A DNA stretch of 64,000 nt from an uncultured Flavobacteriales bacterium (GTDB taxonomy: Bacteria; Bacteroidota; Bacteroidia; Flavobacteriales_C; GCA-002722245), in assembly GCA_905182585.1 (NCBI GenBank), contig CAJJCC010000014.1:6090-70089 (forward strand), given 5' to 3'. Made by a program: the position numbers and the translations under genes. The notes beneath the pieces are model-generated. The model made no database searches, was not told the DNA's origin, and was given only the letters and a program-made list of their open reading frames with translations. This document shows positions 48,892 to 56,183 of this stretch, piece after piece. Each line of letters opens with the position of its first letter. Positions within the stretch are counted from its first letter, which is position 1.

Positions 48892-51800
48892 ATGAAAAAT
48901 TACATTTTACTCTTATTAATATTCTTGACAAGCTTCGTTTCTCAGGCCAATAATTATGATTTACTTAAATGTGAGCAGTTTACCATTGAAGATGGATTAC
49001 CTCAAAGTAATATTGAAACTATTTTCCAAGACAAAAAGGGTTTTTTATGGATTGCTACCCAAGATGGGGTTTCAAAGTTTAATGGTTACCAGTTTGAGAA
49101 TTTCTATTCAAATCCATTTAATTCGGAAAGTATACTAAGTAACTATGTAATTAAAATAAGTAGTTGGCATAAAGATTCAATTTGCTTCACTACAACTATT
49201 GGCCTTTCAATTTTTGACCCAGTCACCAAAATATTTAAAAACTATCCCTTCTCTCTTCGTGACAAATCAATCGGAAAAATTAAAGGCTCATTACTTTTAA
49301 AGGATAATAAAATACTCTTAATTTCAAATAAAGGGTTGTACGAAATCGATTTATCAAAGTCCAAAAATTCAATTACAACGGTTTCCAACGAAAAAGGATT
49401 TAATTTAATTCATCAATTCAACGATCGGATATTCATTACCTCTCAAAATTATTTATATGAATTAAAAGAGAAAACACTAAATATCTTAAAAAGCTTCAAT
49501 CAAAACATTTCCTCTCTTTTTTTAGACGAAAAAGGGATTAACGTGATGCTAGGAGATAGTCTTATTCGATTTGAAAATAATTTCACATCTCAAGAATCTT
49601 ACAAGTTCCCTTCTAAACTAAACGTTTGCATTAAAGTAGATGGTGACTACTGGCTTGGAACCGAAAATGATGGTTTGTTTATTTTTAATTCGAATAAAAA
49701 GGAACAAATCCAGCAAGTTTATTCAAACGGTAGGTCCAACAATTTACTGAGTCAAAAAATCAGAAGTATTTTTAAAGATGAGTTCGGCGTAATATGGATA
49801 GGTACCGACAAAGGATTAAATAAGATTGATCTTTCTAAGAAACAATTCCTTCAGGTTAAACCTTCTAATTACTCACCTCATTCGAGTGATAATACTTGGT
49901 CGTTTTATGAAAATGATTCTATATTTCTTAGTGGATTAGATAATGGACTTCAGGTTTTTAATAAAGCATCAAAAAAGTATCAGTGGATAGATTTCTCAGT
50001 CCCTATTTTGGATGTAATTAATTATCAAAACAAATTACTAATTGCAACGGGAAAGGGAGTCTTTTTTTTAAAAAAGGTAGATTCACTTTTTTATATTGAT
50101 TCAATAGCAATCAATATCATCGTTGATGATAAACAAGATGTTGTTTTCAAACTTTTACACTTCAAAAACTTTTTACTGATTGGTAGTTTGAATAGACTTA
50201 CAATTTGTGATCATAATTTAATTGTCAAAAAAAGTTGGCCGCTTAAAAACGTTAGAGATTTCACCATTTTAAATGGTAAAATCTATTTTGCTGCTTATCC
50301 TACTGGAATTTATAAAATGATAAATACAGAGAACTTAGACATGATAAACTATAAGAGTAAACCACTTCCAGAAGTTGAACATTTACTTAGTCTTTCCATA
50401 AATAGTACTGAGAATAATATTTGGCTAGGCTTATATGGTGGAGGTCTTGTTAAATATCAAATTCAACAACAAAAATCTACTCATTTTTCCACCAAAGAAG
50501 GATTACCGAATAATACGATTTACAGTATTGAAAAATCTAACGAAGCCCTTTGGTTAAGTACAAATGGAGGGCTTTCAAAATACAGTCTTAAATCTGAAAC
50601 CTTTGAAAACTTCAACCCCTCGGATGGATTACAAAGTTTAGAATACAATTCTGGAGCTTCCTATACTAACAACAATAGCGACGTCTATTTTGGTGGAATT
50701 AATGGATATAATATTGTTCGTCCTGATGAAGGAGATAAAAACACGAGCCCACCAAGAGCTTACATTTCATCCGTTAATTATAAAGGAAAAAATTTACTGG
50801 AATTAGATTCGATTGACCAAAGCACAAATGAAAAAATCATTGTCATCCCACACTACAGAAATTCCTTCTCAATAAGTGTTGATGCTTTACATTTTTCTTC
50901 CCCTAAAGAAAATGTTTTTAAAACCAAATTAGAAGGTTGGCAAACTGACTGGGAAATAGCAAAAGGGAAACATATATACAATTTCAGTAATTTACAGGAA
51001 GGAGATTACTATTTCATTCTTAAAGTGGCCAATCCAGATGGCGTTTGGAGTTATGGCGAAGAGCGAGTTCACATTGTGATAAAACCTCCTTTTTACCTCA
51101 CATGGTGGTTTATCACTATTGTATCCGTGTTAATTAGTTCCATTCTTTTTTATTCAATATACGTAAGAGTTAATCGTGCGAAAATCCAAAGAGATTCACT
51201 AGAGAATAAAGTAAGAGATCGAACGCGTGAAGTAGAGAATCAAAAGAGGTTTCTGGAAGAAAAGAATAGAGAATTAGAAATAGAGAAAAATAAAGAGGAA
51301 GAGGTTTTACTGAATGTACTTCCAAGGGAGACAGCAAAGGAACTAGTTTCAACAGGAAAAGCTACCCCAAAAAGTTATAAGATGGCAACTGTAATGTTTG
51401 CCGATTTTAAAAATTTTACAAAGATTACTGAAAACTTAGGTCCAAAAGAATTAGTTGCAGAACTAGATGATTCATTTGCTAAGTTTGATGACATTGTAGG
51501 AAGATTAAACATTGAGAAAATCAAGACTTCAGGTGACGCCTATATGTGTGTTGGCGGAGTTCCTATACGAAATCAAACAAATCCTGTAGATTGTGTTTTA
51601 GCTGCTTTTCAGTTTCAAAAATACATGGAGCAAAAACGTGCTATTAGGGATGGAACAGGGAAGCCTCAATGGCATTTAAGAATTGGGTTACATACTGGGG
51701 CTTTAGTTGCAGGGGTTGTTGGGAAAAGGAAATTCCTGTATGATGTTTGGGGTGATACTGTTAATACTGCAGCACGTATGGAAACAAGTGCTGAGACAGG

Positions 51801-52611
51801 TACTATTAACATATCCGGAACAACCTACGAATACATAAAGGATTATTTTGAGTGCGAATACAGAGGGAAATTGCCTGTTAAAAACAAGGGGGCTATTGAT
51901 ATGTATTATGTAACTCGAATAAAAGCGGAATTATGTAAGGATAAAGAGATAGGGAAAACGCCAAATAGAAAGTTTTTTGAGCTTTTAAACTTTAAAGTTT
52001 ATACGCAACAAAACTTCCTTAATGTGAAAAATTACTTTATTGATTTTTTAGAACAAAACGAATTTGTATCCAAGTTGAAATATCACGGTCCTCACCATAC
52101 AATTGACGTTATGGAGGCTGCTGAACGAATTGGAAGATCGGAAGGCTTAAGCGAAGAAGAATTAATGCTGGTTAAAGTGGCTGCATTATTCCATGATAGT
52201 GGATTCTTAAATAAATATCAAAACAATGAATCTGAAGGTGCAAAATTAGCCAACAGAGAGTTACCTCGATATGGTTTTACAGATTCACAGGTTGAAATTG
52301 TAGAAGGAATGATTTTAGCGACTAAAATCCCTCAAGATCCTAAAAATCATCTAGAAGAAGTTTTATGTGATGCTGATTTAGATTATTTAGGAAGGAGTAA
52401 AGAAGAATTTGACATAATTTCTGATTCTTTAGCACAAGAGCTCGTTGATATGAAATCACTTAAAAATTTAAAACAATGGGATCCTATTCAAATTAAATTT
52501 CTTGAAGCTCACAAATACTTCACAAAAACGTGCATTAAAACAAGGAGACCCGGCAAGATCAAACGATTGCGAGAAATTAAAGCTCGATTAATTGGCCCTA
52601 ATGTAGAGTAG
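48892..52611 (+). CDS. multidomain signalling protein: periplasmic two-component-regulator-propeller/Y_Y_Y sensor, TM segment, class III adenylate cyclase, HD phosphohydrolase domain
   Basis: Signal peptide MKNYILLLLIFLTSFVSQA. Repeated 'W(I/L)(A/G)T..G(L/V)..(F/Y)' propeller units. Y_Y_Y-like region just before the TM segment (WWFITIVSVLISSILFYSIYV). Cyclase motifs VMFADF, IKTSGDAYM, YDVWGDTVNTAARME. HD motifs HGPHHTIDV, ALFHDSGF, CDADLDYLG. The ORF-track start at 48856 is a TTG, and the ATG at 48892 begins the signal peptide. Confidence 0.85.
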   Translation: MKNYILLLLIFLTSFVSQANNYDLLKCEQFTIEDGLPQSNIETIFQDKKGFLWIATQDGVSKFNGYQFENFYSNPFNSESILSNYVIKISSWHKDSICFTTTIGLSIFDPVTKIFKNYPFSLRDKSIGKIKGSLLLKDNKILLISNKGLYEIDLSKSKNSITTVSNEKGFNLIHQFNDRIFITSQNYLYELKEKTLNILKSFNQNISSLFLDEKGINVMLGDSLIRFENNFTSQESYKFPSKLNVCIKVDGDYWLGTENDGLFIFNSNKKEQIQQVYSNGRSNNLLSQKIRSIFKDEFGVIWIGTDKGLNKIDLSKKQFLQVKPSNYSPHSSDNTWSFYENDSIFLSGLDNGLQVFNKASKKYQWIDFSVPILDVINYQNKLLIATGKGVFFLKKVDSLFYIDSIAINIIVDDKQDVVFKLLHFKNFLLIGSLNRLTICDHNLIVKKSWPLKNVRDFTILNGKIYFAAYPTGIYKMINTENLDMINYKSKPLPEVEHLLSLSINSTENNIWLGLYGGGLVKYQIQQQKSTHFSTKEGLPNNTIYSIEKSNEALWLSTNGGLSKYSLKSETFENFNPSDGLQSLEYNSGASYTNNNSDVYFGGINGYNIVRPDEGDKNTSPPRAYISSVNYKGKNLLELDSIDQSTNEKIIVIPHYRNSFSISVDALHFSSPKENVFKTKLEGWQTDWEIAKGKHIYNFSNLQEGDYYFILKVANPDGVWSYGEERVHIVIKPPFYLTWWFITIVSVLISSILFYSIYVRVNRAKIQRDSLENKVRDRTREVENQKRFLEEKNRELEIEKNKEEEVLLNVLPRETAKELVSTGKATPKSYKMATVMFADFKNFTKITENLGPKELVAELDDSFAKFDDIVGRLNIEKIKTSGDAYMCVGGVPIRNQTNPVDCVLAAFQFQKYMEQKRAIRDGTGKPQWHLRIGLHTGALVAGVVGKRKFLYDVWGDTVNTAARMETSAETGTINISGTTYEYIKDYFECEYRGKLPVKNKGAIDMYYVTRIKAELCKDKEIGKTPNRKFFELLNFKVYTQQNFLNVKNYFIDFLEQNEFVSKLKYHGPHHTIDVMEAAERIGRSEGLSEEELMLVKVAALFHDSGFLNKYQNNESEGAKLANRELPRYGFTDSQVEIVEGMILATKIPQDPKNHLEEVLCDADLDYLGRSKEEFDIISDSLAQELVDMKSLKNLKQWDPIQIKFLEAHKYFTKTCIKTRRPGKIKRLREIKARLIGPNVE

Positions 52612-52666
52612 ACAGAACATAAAAAAGCCTTGAATTGATATAATTGAGGGATTTTAATTTAGCGCA

Positions 52667-52894
52667 TTAAACATTAACTAATTCTGCCATTTTAACCTTT
52701 AATGCTTCAGATATAACGTAGAGTGTGTAAATATTTGCACTAACCTTTGCATTTTCTATTTTTTCCATGTGCTGACGATCCATTCCGCAAGCCTTTGCAA
52801 GTTGAGATTGGTTTAAACCCTTTGCTTTTCTTGTTTTCTTAATATTTTCCCCAATCTTAATAGCAAGATCAATTTTTTCCAAAGTAGTTTCCAT
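52667..52894 (-). CDS. XRE-family helix-turn-helix transcriptional regulator
   Basis: 75 aa. 'KGLNQSQLAKACGMDRQHMEKIENAKVSANIYTL' is a classic HTH_3 pattern. Confidence 0.85.
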   Translation of the reverse strand: METTLEKIDLAIKIGENIKKTRKAKGLNQSQLAKACGMDRQHMEKIENAKVSANIYTLYVISEALKVKMAELVNV

Positions 52895-53094
52895 GTTCTT
52901 TTAGCTTTTGTATTGTTTTGTACTACGACAATTGGGATAGCGTAATGATTTGTAATATTAAACAAATAATTGATCTTTTTTTAATACTTAAACCACTCTT
53001 TTAAAAATTGAATAAAAAATTCCCATTTAATAAAATATACACTCCAGTATCATAAACATACCACTAATCAAACTACCAAGTGCAACATAAAACA

Positions 53095-53730
53095 CTAATG
53101 AATAAACCCATACGTTTTCGCCAAAATATTTTTAGTTGAGTTTTTATGCTTCAATTTTTTGGTTGACTTGGCGAGTAACTCATTAATAGAAACCTCAGTA
53201 ATAATTTGATTTAAATGATGCTCCGAATGTATCAATGCAAAATAAATCAACTGATAACCGTCTAATCTTACTCCAGAAATAACTTTCATATCTGTTAAGT
53301 AATTGTTTACAAAATCCAATGGAACTTTCGTAATCAAATTAAACAGTATTCTAAACTGTCCAATGATTTTAAGATGTAACTCATCCTTAGAATAATTCAA
53401 TATTGTCGAAAACTCATTCAAACTCTTAATCTTAAACACACTGATATTCAACATTGTATTTACAACGCTGAAGTCAGACTCTTTATATTCGTTTTCATTA
53501 TTTAATAATCCAGCATGCAGAAACTCTATTTTTTTTTCTATTTTTTTAATTAAGTATTGATTAACTAGATAAACATGCGTGACAGATTCCGAAATAGTCC
53601 AACTATCTAGTGTACTATTAGTTCCTAAATCATTCCCTAATTCTTCAAAAATCACATTAAACTTTTCGGTTACTTCTATCGCTTTCTTTCTAAGACTTAA
53701 TTTTGTCTTTAAAAACGTTTCGTTTTTCAT
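53095..53730 (-). CDS. DinB-family (DinB_2-like) four-helix-bundle protein
   Basis: 211 aa. An early His ('ESVTHVYL') and C-terminal 'HSEHHLNQI' resemble the DinB His triad. Confidence 0.5.
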   Translation of the reverse strand: MKNETFLKTKLSLRKKAIEVTEKFNVIFEELGNDLGTNSTLDSWTISESVTHVYLVNQYLIKKIEKKIEFLHAGLLNNENEYKESDFSVVNTMLNISVFKIKSLNEFSTILNYSKDELHLKIIGQFRILFNLITKVPLDFVNNYLTDMKVISGVRLDGYQLIYFALIHSEHHLNQIITEVSINELLAKSTKKLKHKNSTKNILAKTYGFIH

Positions 53731-53754
53731 AATTTCCCTTTTATCTTTTAGCCG

Positions 53755-53781
53755 AAAAAATCCCCCCTCTTAGAAGGGGGG
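53755..53781 (-). terminator. GC-rich intrinsic terminator 24 nt upstream of the DinB-like start codon
   Basis: On the minus strand: CCCCCCT-tctaag-AGGGGGG-A-TTTTTT. The stem has six G-C pairs out of seven in an AT-rich genome. Confidence 0.7.
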
Positions 53782-53923
53782 TACAATAGTCACCTATAGT
53801 AGGTCAAGATTGTAAAAAGGGATTTTGTATTTCTTCAATTTTTTTAAACTATAATTAACTAGTTTTCCCTTACAGTCTTTTGACTTGTAAAATATTTCCT
53901 TAAACCTTGACCATTCAAAACTA
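53755..53923 (-). ncRNA. candidate structured 5' leader (riboswitch/attenuator-like) or small RNA
   Basis: Minus-strand TAGTTTTG -7 box (53923-53916). Three nested helices follow: GGTCAAGGTT (53912-53903) with AATCTTGACC (53811-53802), which includes a G-U pair valid only on the minus strand; AAGGGA (53871-53866) with TCCCTT (53822-53817); and AAACTA (53865-53860) with TAGTTT (53851-53846). The terminator comes next. Confidence 0.4.
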
Positions 53924-54599
53924 ATGGGCTACTCAAGAAAAATATTATTGATTTTCGAACTAGAAAAAATAATATTTGCAAAAAATGAGAAAAGAGATAC
54001 TTTGCATACTACACAATTGCAAAAAGTGCAAATTACGGAATAAAAACATGTTTATATTTAACTCCATTTATCGTTTGAATACCAAAAACATAGGTATCTC
54101 TCATTATAACGCCTATTTCTAAATTCTGCTTTCAAAATATTAACCCTCCTAAAACAAAATAAACCTCAACTGAAATTAATGGAAAGTTCTTTTAAAAATC
54201 AATATATAAAAACTCATTCGACAATAAACTGGAAAAAAAGACGGATGAAAAATTGGTCATTAGCCTAAACAAATGGCTTAGGTAAGTTGAAATAAATTTA
54301 AAAAGACCGCCAATCGCTTTCATTAAACAATGAAACTAATCTGTAGTAGAAGACCTAAGGTTAGTTATGAAATCAATCAGCTTAGAAGCCATCTTAAAAG
54401 CAGTTAAATTTACAGAGGAATAAATTCGAATAAAACTCCCTCAGAAGATTAACGACAACTTAAAAATCATTAAATAAAGCATTTCTTTTGTGTGTAATCT
54501 CATTAATTTCACACAAAAAAGAGGTTGAATTTCAATTAAGTATGTTTAGGATTTAAGAGAAGCTAAGTTTGTTCTTCGATTAAAAATTAAATAAAAATA

Positions 54600-54607
54600 T
54601 ATTTTTG
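54600..54607 (+). promoter_or_regulatory. putative -7 box (TATTTTTG)
   Basis: TAnnTTTG match 52 nt upstream of the ATG at 54660. Confidence 0.3.
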
Positions 54608-54659
54608 AAACATTTTAACCTAATTTACATACAAAAGGTATTATTTAAGAATAGGAAGT

Positions 54660-55280
54660 ATGATTAAGCAATTATTTGTTGGTATTAGTGTTTCAGCCTT
54701 GTTCGTTGGATGTAGTCCAAAATGTGAAGAGACTGTTTGTCCTGAGTTACCTCCAGCTGTTGATTTAAAGGATTGTAGTTTACAATTACAAAACCTTATT
54801 CAAAACGATAAAAGTCACATCAGAGGACTTCAAGCCGGTAATCCGTTAAACGCCGTATATGAAAAAGAAGAGGACTTCGCTGATAAAACAAATTTTTACA
54901 CGAACTACACACCTGATCTTACTATTGATTATTGGGCGGATATAGAATACCACTTTACCGAAGGAAATGTTATTGACAAAGTTGTAACAGAAGTAATTCC
55001 AGGCGGTTTAGATAAATCAGAAAACGCAGTTTTAGTTGATTCATTATATTTTGAATTAAGAACGTACCTTTCGGGAAAATACGGAAATTCGGTAACAAAT
55101 ACTGACTATACGCTTGTTTGGAATAAGGTCGACACTAAAGATAATTCTGTTACGATCTTTACTTTAGATTATCATTTCCCAGATGAAGACTTTTCGATTC
55201 AAACAGATTCCGAAACAGGATTAAACGACACAATAATCAATCCTCCAACGGTTAAATACGTAGTTAAATACATTCAATAA
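54660..55280 (+). CDS. hypothetical lipoprotein
   Basis: 206 aa. Lipobox 'LFVGCS'. No other motif recognised. Confidence 0.55.
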   Translation: MIKQLFVGISVSALFVGCSPKCEETVCPELPPAVDLKDCSLQLQNLIQNDKSHIRGLQAGNPLNAVYEKEEDFADKTNFYTNYTPDLTIDYWADIEYHFTEGNVIDKVVTEVIPGGLDKSENAVLVDSLYFELRTYLSGKYGNSVTNTDYTLVWNKVDTKDNSVTIFTLDYHFPDEDFSIQTDSETGLNDTIINPPTVKYVVKYIQ

Positions 55281-55304
55281 TATTTTAAACGAATTATCAC
55301 CATT

Positions 55305-55334
55305 AAAAGCCTTGTACACTCAAGGCTTTTTTTA
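55305..55334 (+). terminator. rho-independent terminator
   Basis: AAAAGCCTTG-tacact-CAAGGCTTTTTTTT. Confidence 0.85.
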
Positions 55335-55395
55335 TGTTTTTTTAACTGAGACGTGATTGACAGTTAATTTCATTTTATTTATATTTACTCTCATC

Positions 55396-55776
55396 ATGAA
55401 AAAGCTATTTGGCATACTGTTGGGTACTTCGTTTTTGCTTTTAAGCTTAAACGTTCATCTTGCCATTCACTTTTGCCATGATGAAATCATGGATGTTTCA
55501 TTCTCACATAATGATAAGCATTGTGGAGGTATAGAAAAAAAACCATGCAATGGATGTGAAGATGTTCATGTAACAATCGAAGGTGAACAAGATCAAATTA
55601 ACCAAGAGTTTAAAATTGAATCCCCAACTCTTTTCTTTACTTCACTTTTCAATTCTCAAATACCACAAGAATTTATCACTTTTAAGCAACATGAGTTCAG
55701 CTTATATTGCAGTAACTCTTCCCCTCCTAGGGAAAAGTTATATATACTAAATTCTCAATTTTGTTTTTATGGCTAA
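55396..55776 (+). CDS. small secreted Cys/His-rich protein (possibly the 'HYC_CC_PP' family)
   Basis: Signal peptide MKKLFGILLGTSFLLLSLNV, then 'HFCHDE', 'HCGG..KKPCNGCEDVH' and 'SSPP'. The ATG at 55396 is preferred over the TTG at 55357. The family name is from memory and unverified. Confidence 0.5.
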   Translation: MKKLFGILLGTSFLLLSLNVHLAIHFCHDEIMDVSFSHNDKHCGGIEKKPCNGCEDVHVTIEGEQDQINQEFKIESPTLFFTSLFNSQIPQEFITFKQHEFSLYCSNSSPPREKLYILNSQFCFYG

Positions 55777-55827
55777 TGCTCTTGATTTATCTAAAAGCAT
55801 CACATTATCCATTAAAAACAAACAATC

Positions 55828-56181
55828 ATGAAAAATCTATTTTTAAGCTTATTAATTCTATTAGGGTCACTCAATTCCAAAGCGCAAACTACAGTTGAAA
55901 CAAGTACTTTTAAAGTAAATGGAAATTGTGAAATGTGTAAACAGCGAATCGAAAAGGCTGCAAAATCTATTAATGGTGTTTCATTTGCAAAATGGAATGT
56001 TGAATCTAAAATTATTACAGTAAAATACAAAACAACAAAAACGAATCTGGATTCAATTCACAAGGCCATTTCAGAAATGGGTTATAAAACCGATAAAGTG
56101 GCTGCAACGGAGATTGGCTACAAAGCTCTTCCTAATTGTTGTAAAGTAAAAGGAGCTTGCAATCCAATTGAACTAGAATAA
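55828..56181 (+). CDS. secreted heavy-metal-associated (HMA) domain protein
   Basis: 117 aa. Signal peptide, 'FKVNGNCEMCKQRIEKA' (CxxC ferredoxin-like HMA motif), and an extra C-terminal 'NCCKVKGAC'. Confidence 0.8.
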   Translation: MKNLFLSLLILLGSLNSKAQTTVETSTFKVNGNCEMCKQRIEKAAKSINGVSFAKWNVESKIITVKYKTTKTNLDSIHKAISEMGYKTDKVAATEIGYKALPNCCKVKGACNPIELE

Positions 56182-56183
56182 TC

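Noticed and set aside
53985-54128. 47-aa ORF with C-x4-C-x2-C, and the 43-aa hydrophobic ORF at 54192-54323 (minus strand), considered as possible toxin or small-protein genes
   Set aside because: Both are too short and carry no recognisable family motif, so they are not called as features. They are mentioned in the finding on the ORF-free region as items to test.
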